Counted from the stretch's first letter, positions 10,293-19,792 are shown. The stretch: DNA of 64,000 nt from Waterburya sp. (GCA_965217895.1 CBDCJV010000002.1:1280001-1344000), one strand, 5' to 3'. Notes: generated by a model not told the origin, from the letters alone. Translations and numbers: made by a program.

Positions 10293-10680
10293 CGACCCCC
10301 TAAAAGGTTCAACAGTTTGATGGGCGGTATAAACGTCGCAGCAAAGCTAAAGCGCGTTTTGCGAGAAAGGACTTGTCCGCATCTCAGTTCGTTGGCGGAG
10401 TTTCCCTGCATAAAGAAACTGTCGAGGTTGAGTAAGAGTATTCTTTCTCAACAGGCGAGTGGAATATGCTCTCTAACCGAGAGCATCGAGAAGCATTCCC
10501 TTGCGCCTGACGGCGATGCGGTGAAGCAGTCCGTTGCTGAGATTCCCTTCGTTGAAGGAACTGCTGAACCCTTTAGGGGGTCTTCTCTCATTTCCTCGCC
10601 TCAAAAGCCGCTGTACGACGACACGCCCTCCTCAACGGGAGAAAGGCTTTAGCCGCATCTAACCCCCCTTTGGGTTCAGC
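10293..10680. repeat. Composite of nested small dispersed repeats between hpxO and uraH
   Basis: GC-rich patchwork sharing segments with 18054-18105, 21183-21296, 23109-23175 and 56929-57008. Confidence 0.8.
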
Positions 10681-10766
10681 AATCAGGTGGGCAAAGAAAA
10701 TAGCTTTGTTTGCCATCTTATCAATAATCTTTATATTGCCCACTAAAAGTAAGCAGCAATCAAATT

Positions 10767-11126
10767 ATGTCAAGCAAATTAACAACTCACGTTTTAGATA
10801 CGGCAAATGGTTGTCCTGGTGCGGAAATTGCGATCGCACTTTGGAAACTAGATCTAAAAATAGATTCCAAAACCTTATTGAAAACTGTTAAAACCAATCA
10901 TGATGGACGTACCGACGAACCGCTATTAGCAGGGTCGGAATTGTCAGAGGGAGTATATGAGCTAATTTTCACTGTTGGCAATTATTTTGCTCGCTATGGA
11001 GACTATCCCGCTCCCTCTTTTTTAGATCAAATTCCAATTCGTTTTGGCGTTAGCGATATTGAGGCTCACTACCACGTTCCCTTGCTAGTTTCGCCTTGGT
11101 CTTATAGTACCTATCGAGGAAGCTGA
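10767..11126 (+). CDS. uraH: 5-hydroxyisourate hydrolase (transthyretin-like)
   Basis: LTTHVLDTA, TNHDGR, HYHVPLL, C-terminal YSTYRGS. Confidence 0.95.
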   Translation: MSSKLTTHVLDTANGCPGAEIAIALWKLDLKIDSKTLLKTVKTNHDGRTDEPLLAGSELSEGVYELIFTVGNYFARYGDYPAPSFLDQIPIRFGVSDIEAHYHVPLLVSPWSYSTYRGS

Positions 11127-11149
11127 GTATCGATATGTAGATTTATCAA

Positions 11150-11290
11150 AAAGCTTTAAGCTTTAAGCTCTAGGCTCTAGGCCTTTCAATTGACTGCTTG
11201 CGTAGTCCTAAAGGATACCGCTTCGCATATAGCTTTAAACTGATAGCTTGTGGGTTTAAGACCCCTCCTAACTGGCTTATAGCTTATAAG
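11150..11290. repeat. Heptamer tandem repeats with an embedded small hairpin repeat (11200-11226)
   Basis: AGCTTTA/GCTCTAG/GCTTATA iterations; GCGTAGTCCTAAAGGATACCGCTTCGC. Confidence 0.6.
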
Positions 11291-11291
11291 A

Positions 11292-11529
11292 GAAAGATTA
11301 CAGGCTTTGTATTTGCTCAAGAGTGGACAATGCCAACAGATTAGAGAAATAGCAGAGATCTTGGGAAGAAGCAGAAGTACAATACATCGGTGGCTTCAGA
11401 CCTATAAAGGAGGATTACCTCAATTGATTGGGCGGGCGAGAAAAACCAGGAAGAAAAAGATTGATTCCTAATTCGGCGATCGCCAAGCTTGAAAAACGTT
11501 TACAACAACCAAGAGGCTTTAACAGTTAC
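11292..11529 (+). pseudogene. IS630-family transposase N-terminal HTH remnant, frameshifted and truncated
   Basis: Manual translation ERLQALYLLKSGQCQQIREIAEILGRSRSTIHRWLQTYKGGL, then in a shifted frame KPGRKRLIP..LEKRLQQPRGFNSY; no DDE domain. Confidence 0.7.
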
Positions 11530-11650
11530 CGTTTTTCGACCGCCAAACATGATTATTATCGAAAAGGTATGAGAGCTAAAACGTTAATCCAGCAATTCTT
11601 TTGATTCTTTCTGTCGCCCCGACAGCTCGCTTGATGAGCTTCAACTGCTG

Positions 11651-12802
11651 TTAGTTATTAGCAGTCAACAACCAAATCCCCATACCCAAGCCTAATAAAT
11701 TAGGTGTCCATGCTGCCCAAAAAGGTGATAAAACACCTGTTATTCCCAATGAACCGAATAAAAATCCCAATGAATAATAAACAAAAACAATAGCAACACA
11801 GATACCAAAACCTTTAGAACGATTAATATACGAATACTTTGCTCCTAAAGTTGAACCAATTAAAGCAAAAACAAAACAAATAAAAGGAAAGGCATATTTT
11901 TGCTGAATAATTACTTTTAATTTGGATATATTTACAATTGTCCCACTATCTTTAATTAGAGCTAAATATTCTTTTGCTTGCTGAATATTCATGTCTTCAA
12001 AGTTACGTTTTTTTTGAGCAATCTCAAAAAAATTGACGGAAAAGGGCAATTGCTTATGAGTAAAACGCTCTGTCCTCATCTCCTCAGCACTATAGCCAAC
12101 TTGATTTATTTCGCCATCAAACAAATCCCAAACTTGCCCAGGCTGATTCCATTGAGCTAATTTAGCTGTAGTAATCTTGCTTATTTTTCCCCGATCAAAG
12201 CTAATTATTGTTACTTTTTTAAAGCTTTGATTGATGTATTGTTCGGCAAAGTAAATGTTTTGTAGCTTTTTAGAGGCGGAATTACGTAGATTTGATTTAT
12301 ATTCTGGATAAAAAACGTCTCTTTTTTGTCGATTTAATTCTGTTTCGGTAATATAAGCAGTCTGTAATAAATTGGCTTGATAGTTAGCAGCAGGAACAAT
12401 CAATTCGTTGAGTAAAAAAGTGACTCCAGTGACTATCAAACTAAATAATAATGCAGGTATGGTGAGGCGATAAAAATTAATGCCAAAGCTAAACAGTGCC
12501 ACCAATTCACTATTGCTACTTAAACGACCATAGATTACTAAGCAAGAGAGCAAGATAGAAATAGGCAAGGCATAGGCAACATACTCAGGTATTTTATCTA
12601 TAAAGATGAGAATAGCGACAGGAATCGGTAAGCCGTATTCAGTAATTTTAGATGCTAAATCGGAAACTGTACCAATCGATACTCCCAAGCAGGATAATAA
12701 GCCAACGCTGAATAAAAAGAATAAGCTCAATTGATTGATGATATAGCAATCTACTAAGGGAAAACGCCACCTAAATATCTTTTTAATGCTGTTAAAATCC
12801 AA
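11651..12802 (-). CDS. LptF/LptG (YjgP/YjgQ) family permease
   Basis: DCYIINQL, ALPISILLS..YGRLSSNSELVAL..GI, KYAFPF, AAWTPN. Confidence 0.88.
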   Translation of the reverse strand: MDFNSIKKIFRWRFPLVDCYIINQLSLFFLFSVGLLSCLGVSIGTVSDLASKITEYGLPIPVAILIFIDKIPEYVAYALPISILLSCLVIYGRLSSNSELVALFSFGINFYRLTIPALLFSLIVTGVTFLLNELIVPAANYQANLLQTAYITETELNRQKRDVFYPEYKSNLRNSASKKLQNIYFAEQYINQSFKKVTIISFDRGKISKITTAKLAQWNQPGQVWDLFDGEINQVGYSAEEMRTERFTHKQLPFSVNFFEIAQKKRNFEDMNIQQAKEYLALIKDSGTIVNISKLKVIIQQKYAFPFICFVFALIGSTLGAKYSYINRSKGFGICVAIVFVYYSLGFLFGSLGITGVLSPFWAAWTPNLLGLGMGIWLLTANN

Positions 12803-12926
12803 TTTTATTTACGCATCAATAAATTATTTACCCTAAGTTACATTAAGATAAATGATTTTTAGTCTTATCGCCAATTTCAACCAAAAGTTTATGACAAATT
12901 AATCAAATTCATGTTCGCTATTTTTA

Positions 12927-15900
12927 TCATTTGTCTTGTAATATCAAGCGCATTTTTTCTGCTAATGTTTGAACATTAGGTTCTTGAAGTATTCCTAGAT
13001 GATTACCTGGGACATCAATGATATTTAATCCTCCTTTGGCAAAGTCTTGCCACTCTAGCTTGAGATCCCTATCTTCTGCTGCTCGAAATAATACTGCAGA
13101 ACCTGGATAGGGCTGCATGGTATAGCCTTGATTTACTTTTTGATGCTCTTTTGTCTGTTGAATATATTCAGTCAGAGCAAAATTGCGACTGGTTTTGTCA
13201 ACAAAATTTTCGCGCACCCAATCAATTTTGTATAAGCCGTACCTAATATGATCTGCGGTTGAGTTTATCCGCCATTTTATCCTGTCTAAAATATAGCTTG
13301 CACCTATGGTGCGTATTTTGTTAGCGTGACGATAAATACGAGTTTTTAACGGAAGATTTTGATGAGCCGAGTCGCTGTTAAGACAATGAGAGTCTAACAG
13401 ACCTAAAAACCTGACTTCATGCCCTTGAGATACAAGATGTTGAGCAATTTCAAAAGCAACAACACCACCAAAGGATACGCCCATTAAATAATAAGGACCT
13501 TGAGGCTGAACTTTCTGCATATTATCAGCATAATAGGGTGCTAAATTAGCAATATCTCTAAAATGAGGTTTGTCAGGTTCATCGCTAAAAGATGATGATA
13601 AACCATAAATAGTGATATCTGCATCTAGGTATTTAGCCATAGGACGATAAAACTCTAAGCCATAACCCAAATTATGAATAGCAAATAAAGTTGGCTGAGA
13701 ATTGCCTTGTTTAATTGGCACTAGGCATTTTGGATCTGCATTAGAAACTGGTTCTGGTTGACGAATAATATTCGCTAAAGCTTCAGGAGTTGATGCTTGG
13801 AACATCATAGATATAGGAATCTTCTGTTCATATCTCTGTTCTATTTCCGTGACTAGACGCGCTGCCAGTAAAGAGTTACCGCCTAATTCAATAAAATTGT
13901 CTTCAATACTGATTGATTCAATACCTAAAATTTCTTCTAGCATCTCGATTATTTCTGATTCTAGGCGATCGCGAGGGGCAATAGTTGCCTCAGATAATTT
14001 TCCTACATTAAGCTCAGATAAAGCACGACGATCTACTTTTCCGCTGGTAGTCAAAGGAAAACTATCAACGATGATAAAAGTTCCAGGAATCATGTAGCTT
14101 GGCAACTTTTGCTGTAGATAGTTCCGCAGCATTTCTTCTGTTGGTGGGTTAATTTTGCTGGGTACAATATAAGCAGCTAAGGTTTCTCCTAGTTTATTTT
14201 CGCGCACTACTACCGCAGCTTCTACTACTAATTCAGATTGGGATAGTACTGCTTCAATTTCTCCTAATTCAATGCGTAATCCTTGAATGTTAACTTGACG
14301 ATCTACCCGACCTAAAAACTGTAGCGTACCGTCAGACAAATAACGTCCCAAATCTCCCGTTTTATATAAACGTTCCCCTTTTACATAAGGATTATCGACA
14401 AATTTTTCTGCCGTTAATTCGGGTCGATTAAGATAGCCCATAGCAACTCCATCTCCACTAATGTGAATTTCTGCTGCTACTCCAATCTGGACTGGCTGTA
14501 AATCTTCATCTAATAAATACACTCTCATGTTGGGAATTGGACTACCTACAGGCAGCGACTTAAAATGATGATCTATTTGCTCAGGAATTTTATATAAGGT
14601 TACAACCCCAGTCCCTTCTGTCTGACCATAGATATTAGCTAATTGAACATCGGGTTTAAAAGTCTCCCGCCAGCACTGATATATTTCTGGAGTTACCTGT
14701 TCTCCTCCTGCTGCTACAAGACGTACCTGATTATCTAATAAGTTCTGACGATAATCTCGATCTTGCTGATTGAGAATGCCCCAAAAATTCCGCCAGAAAG
14801 AGGGAACATGATCGACAATAGTTACACCGTGACGCTTAATTATTTCAAAAAATTCGAGGGGGTTTCTTGTTTCTTCGGTTGTAACAATCAATGCAGTCGC
14901 TCCCTGTGCCAAAGGCATTAATAACTGTCTAGCTGAAACTATCAAAGCAATTGAACCACGATGGAGATAAGTATCTGCCGAGGTTACATCTAAAGCTAAC
15001 TGCATTGATTGGGCATAATGACTCAAGTTGCCGTGACTCAGCATTACCCCTTTGGGTTTGCCTGTCGAACCAGAAGTGTAGACAATATGCGCCAAATCCG
15101 AAAGATTTACTTTTTGCTCTAAATTGTCTGGGGGCTGCTGAGTAATCGAATGCCAATCTGTATCTATACAAATAGTCTGCTCAATTTCGGTAGGAATTTT
15201 CTTTAGTAAGCTTGCTTGAGTCAGTAATGTTTTGATCTCGGCATCTTCTAAGATAAAGGCTATTCGGGCAGGAGGATTATTAATATCTAAGGGAACATAA
15301 GCTGCCCCTGCTTTGAGAATGGCTAATACAGCAACTACCATAGATAGAGAACGTTCTATACATAACCCAACCAAAGAACCTTTACTAACTCCCAAAGATT
15401 GCAGATAATGAGCTAGCTGATTGGCTTGAGTATTTAATTCGCTATAGGTTAACTGTTGTCCTTGGCAAATTATGGCTACTACACCAGGGCGGTTCTGAAC
15501 TTGAGCCTCAAACAACTTATGAATACACTCTGGTAGAGACTGTGTTTGCGTCTGATTCCATTCATCTAAAACCTGTTTTGTTTCAGTAGCTGATAGTAAA
15601 GTTAGAGAATCAACTGAACTATAAGAATTATGAGCAATTGACTTGAGTAATACCTCATAGTTATCACAGATACGCCGAATAGTTGATTCATCAAACAAAC
15701 GACGATTGTATTCAAACCTACAGAGCAAATGATTTGGTTTTTCAATAATGTCCAAAAGTAATTCTTGCTCTGGTATTGCCTTGGTTAATTTAGTTTCTGG
15801 GGTTCTAAATACGCTGTTAAATCTAAACAACATCTGAAATAAAGAAGACACAGAAAATTCTGATAAGTCTTGATTTAACGCTGAAGCTATGGCTGCTGTG

Positions 15901-16367
15901 CTTGTGTTTGAATAGTTACTCCCTTCTGTAACTTGAGTCTGAATAATTTTTAGTAATGCGCTGAACTGTTGTTTGGCTGCAATTGTTACTCGAATTGGCA
16001 ATATTTCCAGCTTTGCTGTAGAGTCTTCTAGATTCGAGTTAGGATATCCAACTAAAACGTCCGATTGATTTGTATAGCGGTAGAGTAAAACTTGGAAAGC
16101 GGCCAGCAAAACAATTGGCAAAGAAACATTTTCTTGTTGAGCAATTTTTGTTAAGTCTCGATTTAATCCTTGGTCAACCGTTAACAAATTTTGCCCGATA
16201 GCACTTGGTCGAAGATTAATTTGAGCTTCTGGGCTAGACGATACTGACCTTACTCTGTCTGTCGGAAAATCTAGTATAGGAGCAATGTTTTTAAGTTGCT
16301 TGCGCCAATAGTCAATGTCTGAGGATCGTTCGTTGGCGGAAAAACTTTTTTGGTACTTCATGAGCAA
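12927..16367 (-). CDS. Single-module NRPS-like protein: partial C - A - T - TE
   Basis: YWRKQL..LDFPTDR half C domain; YTSGSTGKPKG, LYKTGDL, RIELGEIE, GKVDR; T domain GGNSL; TE GVSFGG. Confidence 0.9.
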   Translation of the reverse strand: MLMKYQKSFSANERSSDIDYWRKQLKNIAPILDFPTDRVRSVSSSPEAQINLRPSAIGQNLLTVDQGLNRDLTKIAQQENVSLPIVLLAAFQVLLYRYTNQSDVLVGYPNSNLEDSTAKLEILPIRVTIAAKQQFSALLKIIQTQVTEGSNYSNTSTAAIASALNQDLSEFSVSSLFQMLFRFNSVFRTPETKLTKAIPEQELLLDIIEKPNHLLCRFEYNRRLFDESTIRRICDNYEVLLKSIAHNSYSSVDSLTLLSATETKQVLDEWNQTQTQSLPECIHKLFEAQVQNRPGVVAIICQGQQLTYSELNTQANQLAHYLQSLGVSKGSLVGLCIERSLSMVVAVLAILKAGAAYVPLDINNPPARIAFILEDAEIKTLLTQASLLKKIPTEIEQTICIDTDWHSITQQPPDNLEQKVNLSDLAHIVYTSGSTGKPKGVMLSHGNLSHYAQSMQLALDVTSADTYLHRGSIALIVSARQLLMPLAQGATALIVTTEETRNPLEFFEIIKRHGVTIVDHVPSFWRNFWGILNQQDRDYRQNLLDNQVRLVAAGGEQVTPEIYQCWRETFKPDVQLANIYGQTEGTGVVTLYKIPEQIDHHFKSLPVGSPIPNMRVYLLDEDLQPVQIGVAAEIHISGDGVAMGYLNRPELTAEKFVDNPYVKGERLYKTGDLGRYLSDGTLQFLGRVDRQVNIQGLRIELGEIEAVLSQSELVVEAAVVVRENKLGETLAAYIVPSKINPPTEEMLRNYLQQKLPSYMIPGTFIIVDSFPLTTSGKVDRRALSELNVGKLSEATIAPRDRLESEIIEMLEEILGIESISIEDNFIELGGNSLLAARLVTEIEQRYEQKIPISMMFQASTPEALANIIRQPEPVSNADPKCLVPIKQGNSQPTLFAIHNLGYGLEFYRPMAKYLDADITIYGLSSSFSDEPDKPHFRDIANLAPYYADNMQKVQPQGPYYLMGVSFGGVVAFEIAQHLVSQGHEVRFLGLLDSHCLNSDSAHQNLPLKTRIYRHANKIRTIGASYILDRIKWRINSTADHIRYGLYKIDWVRENFVDKTSRNFALTEYIQQTKEHQKVNQGYTMQPYPGSAVLFRAAEDRDLKLEWQDFAKGGLNIIDVPGNHLGILQEPNVQTLAEKMRLILQDK

Positions 16368-16792
16368 TATAGCTGCTTTTAATTAGCCTAGTAACAGTTG
16401 TTTGGTATTATTACTTAATGTTATCGTCTTGCTAAGTAATTCAATTTTTGATTATTTTAACTACTTCTGATTAATAGCTAATTTAAAAATAAACCATAAC
16501 CTTGCCGAAAGTTAGAAATAAAACACAGATTTACTTTAAAACTGCTTGCTAATTTTAACTATTGATGAATTTTTGCACGCTTTGGAAAAATATTAGAAAA
16601 TATAGAAACTTATATATCCGAAAAAGAATATTTGAAATGAATTGACTATTAATTGTTGTTTCAATTTCGCGTTGGCGATCGCATTTCTCTAGGTAAAATA
16701 TTGATAATGGCGATCGTTATTCTTTTCTAAACTGCCTTTGATAAAAGTTATTGAAATATACCTATCTCATAACAATTTCTGGATGTTAAAAT

Positions 16793-18022
16793 ATGATCTT
16801 CACGGTAAAAGAAGCTGAATCCGTTGATTTAAGCCAAATTCGTTCTGAAATACGCAACTTGCAGCTAAATTTAGTTGAGTGGCGACGTAGCCTACACCAA
16901 AAACCAGAATTAGCTTTCCAAGAACAGATTACGGCAAAATTCATTCAAGAAAAACTTCAGTCGTGGAATATTCCCCATGAAATAGGTATTGCCAAAACTG
17001 GTATTGTCGCCACTATTATCAGTAATTTTCCTGGCAAAGTCTTGGCTATTCGTGCTGATATGGATGCTTTACCAATTCAAGAAGCAAACGAGGTTTCTTA
17101 TAGATCGCAACATGAAGGCAAGATGCACGCTTGCGGACATGATGGACATACGGCGATCGCTCTTGGTACAGCTTACTATCTCTCGAACCATAAAGATAGC
17201 TGGCAGGGGACGGTGAAAATTATCTTCCAACCCGCCGAAGAAGGTCCAGGGGGGGCAAAACCGATGATTGAAGCGGGAGTGTTACACAATCCTGAAGTGG
17301 ATGCAATTATCGGCTTACATCTGTGGAATAATTTACCTTTAGGCACTATAGGAGTTCGTAGCGGTGCATTAATGGCAGCCGTAGAGTGTTTTCGGGTGTC
17401 GATTTTAGGTAAAGGTGGTCATGGGGCAATGCCCGATCAAACCGTAGACTCAATTGTGGTTGCTAGTCAAATTGTTAATGCTTTGCAAACCATTGTTTCC
17501 CGTAACGTCAAGCCTTTAGACGCTGCGGTAGTAACCGTAGGCGAGTTACACGCAGGTACGGCATTGAACGTGATTGCAGATACCGCAAGAATGAGTGGCA
17601 CGATTCGCTATTTTAATCCTGAATTAGAAGCTCTGATTAGTAAAAGACTAGAAGCTATCATTGCTGGTATTTGTCAAATGCACGGCGCAAACTATGAACT
17701 AAACCACTGGCAGCTATATCCACCTACAGTTAACGATAGTGCGATCGCCGAATTAGTACGCTCAGTGGCGGCAGAAGTAGTAGAAACCCCGATGGGAGTT
17801 GTGCCAGAGTGCCAAACTATGGGAGGAGAAGATATGTCTTTCTTTTTACAGGAAGTGCCTGGATGCTATTTCTTTTTGGGTTCAGCCAATCCCGATAAGG
17901 GTTTAGCCTATCCCCATCATCATCCTCGCTTTGACTTTGATGAAACAGCTTTGGGAATGGGTGTGGAGATATTTGTCCGCTGTGTAGAGAAGTTTTTAAA
18001 CGGTGATTATTGCAATTCGTAA
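16793..18022 (+). CDS. M20D family amidohydrolase
   Basis: RADMDALP, MHACGHDGH, FQPAEEG, GKGGHG, EDMS, HHPRFDFDE. Confidence 0.92.
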   Translation: MIFTVKEAESVDLSQIRSEIRNLQLNLVEWRRSLHQKPELAFQEQITAKFIQEKLQSWNIPHEIGIAKTGIVATIISNFPGKVLAIRADMDALPIQEANEVSYRSQHEGKMHACGHDGHTAIALGTAYYLSNHKDSWQGTVKIIFQPAEEGPGGAKPMIEAGVLHNPEVDAIIGLHLWNNLPLGTIGVRSGALMAAVECFRVSILGKGGHGAMPDQTVDSIVVASQIVNALQTIVSRNVKPLDAAVVTVGELHAGTALNVIADTARMSGTIRYFNPELEALISKRLEAIIAGICQMHGANYELNHWQLYPPTVNDSAIAELVRSVAAEVVETPMGVVPECQTMGGEDMSFFLQEVPGCYFFLGSANPDKGLAYPHHHPRFDFDETALGMGVEIFVRCVEKFLNGDYCNS

Positions 18023-18053
18023 AAGTAATTAGAAACTTGGTTGTAAGTAAAAA

Positions 18054-18105
18054 GCGGTGCGACCCCGCGTCGCCGTCAGGCGCAAGGGAACGCGCACCAA
18101 GACAG
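18054..18105. repeat. Small dispersed hairpin repeat composite
   Basis: GGTGCG..CGCACC stem enclosing ACCCCGCGTCGCCGTCAGGCGCAAGGGAA; reverse complement matches about 10496-10520; related to 23115-23134. Confidence 0.75.
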
Positions 18106-18265
18106 TAAAAAATAAACAATAATAAGGTTTTTGCCAGACTATTTATATTATCGCAGTACGTTAATCGGTTAGGACAGAAAATTTAATTGCTCGTAAGTAG
18201 TAAGTAATACTAAATCCTGTTGGCGTAGATTACTTATACTGTTTGGTAGTAGGTAGTATAATTCT

Positions 18266-18328
18266 GACTACAAACCACAGACTACGAACTACAAACTTTA
18301 AAGAACTACAGACTACGAACTACAAACT
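18266..18328. repeat. STRR-like heptamer tandem repeat (ACTACAA/ACTACAG/ACTACGA)
   Basis: Two runs of iterated heptamers at the 3' end of the FecR-domain gene. Confidence 0.75.
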
Positions 18329-19326
18329 TAATTTTTTGGCAATTCATTTGATTCAAATCCTGGAAGCGTTTGATTTGCTTTACAGTATTGCCCCAACCAA
18401 GTTATACCGTTTAGGGAACGAAAGGGAACTATAAACAAATCTGTTTTTGGTATTTCCAAATTTACTTTAACTCCAGAAACTCCAATGCCAAAAAGCTGAA
18501 GCAATGGCGATAAATTCTTTGCTTCTACACCGAGTTGACAAAAACCATCAAGCAATGCTTGCTGATTTTTCAAAGGTTCAATAGCTTCTGCCTGGACTGC
18601 TCTAATAGTGGTCTGAACCTCTGGCGGTTCTTTAGCAATTGTTGCTTCGGTTTCCTGGGGATTCAATCCTAATCCCGCAGCTAATTCTACAGTTTCATAG
18701 AACATAGGCAGAACAAATTGCTCTACCAAACCAACTACTCCCTGAATTATAGAAACAAACTGACCAGCCTGTAACCGAATAGTAATTTTTCCATTAGCAT
18801 TAGACACTTCCACTAAACCCGCAGGACTATCAGTCAAAACTCCGATCAAAGAAGCATTGACCTGAGAATCATGCTGGACAAATAAGGCTGTTCCCTGGGA
18901 AACTACTTTAGCTTGAGGAGTATTAATAGTGCTTTGTCCCTGTTCTGGACGGATCATGACCAGCGCAGCACCACTAGTCAATTCAAAATTACGTTTACCT
19001 TGAGGAAAGCGAAAGGTAGTTCCTGCACCTGTCCTTACTAACGTACCTTCGTTAAATAAGATATCAGCACGGGAGTTGGCACCAGTACGTACAGAATCTC
19101 TGGGTACAATTAGATCACCAATTTTAGCCTGATTCCAGTTTGGTTTATCTTGATAATTTACGTCTACTTGATTACGTATTTTATAAATTTCCGCTTGCTT
19201 GACTACTGTGCTTGCAGAAGTTGTACTAGAAAAAAAATAAGCTATACACAAGCTGAAGATTAGAGTGAAGCATAAGCTAACCAGGAATTTTGATTTTTTG
19301 CTAAAAAACTGCTGCATAAAAAACAA
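18328..19326 (-). CDS. Exported FecR-domain protein
   Basis: N-terminal TM/signal; DSVRTGANSRADILFNEGTLVR, TPQAKVVSQGT FecR pattern. Confidence 0.8.
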   Translation of the reverse strand: MFFMQQFFSKKSKFLVSLCFTLIFSLCIAYFFSSTTSASTVVKQAEIYKIRNQVDVNYQDKPNWNQAKIGDLIVPRDSVRTGANSRADILFNEGTLVRTGAGTTFRFPQGKRNFELTSGAALVMIRPEQGQSTINTPQAKVVSQGTALFVQHDSQVNASLIGVLTDSPAGLVEVSNANGKITIRLQAGQFVSIIQGVVGLVEQFVLPMFYETVELAAGLGLNPQETEATIAKEPPEVQTTIRAVQAEAIEPLKNQQALLDGFCQLGVEAKNLSPLLQLFGIGVSGVKVNLEIPKTDLFIVPFRSLNGITWLGQYCKANQTLPGFESNELPKN

Positions 19327-19423
19327 AAGCAGACGTATTCAAAAAATGAGGTGACGCAAACTCAATACTGATTTATCTGAAAGGATGAAGGATGAGGAAA
19401 AATTCTTAGTCCTCAATTTACTT

Positions 19424-19792
19424 TTAATTAGCTAACTTAGAAATGGTTTGAGCCATGTCAAAATCTTTTTGGGTTAGTCCTCCTGCATCATGGGAAGTAA
19501 GAGAAACTGTTACTTTGTTATAGGAAATTTCTAAGTCGGGATGATGTTGTGCTGCTTCTGCTGGTTTGACTAGTTTATTGACAAAATCGATCGCCTGGAC
19601 AAAGTTTTTAAATTTAAAGGTGCGAGTGATGGTTTGGTCTTGTTGCTGCCATTGGGGTAAGGTTTGAATTTTCTGGTCAATTTCAGTTTGATTTAAAGGC
19701 ATAGTCTTGGCGGTAAGAGATTGAGGAGAAATTAAGGCGATCGCCATTACCAAAAAGATTCTCGGTAACGATCGTTTTAAGGTTATAAACAT
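19424..19792 (-). CDS. phhB: Pterin-4a-carbinolamine dehydratase with possible N-terminal signal peptide
   Basis: RTFKFKNF, AEAAQHHPDL, LTSHDAGGLTQKDF. Confidence 0.88.
   Translation of the reverse strand: MFITLKRSLPRIFLVMAIALISPQSLTAKTMPLNQTEIDQKIQTLPQWQQQDQTITRTFKFKNFVQAIDFVNKLVKPAEAAQHHPDLEISYNKVTVSLTSHDAGGLTQKDFDMAQTISKLAN

Noticed and set aside
10269..10652. 127-aa ORF and neighbours (10217-10411, 10670-10891)
   Set aside because: Translations of the nested repeat composite or overlaps with hpxO/uraH; the LAPDGDA peptide also appears in the spurious 17817-18119 ORF from the same repeat
10293..10680. Possible CRISPR array or structured ncRNA/riboswitch
   Set aside because: No regularly spaced identical repeats with unique spacers and no cas genes; segments recur as dispersed modules elsewhere
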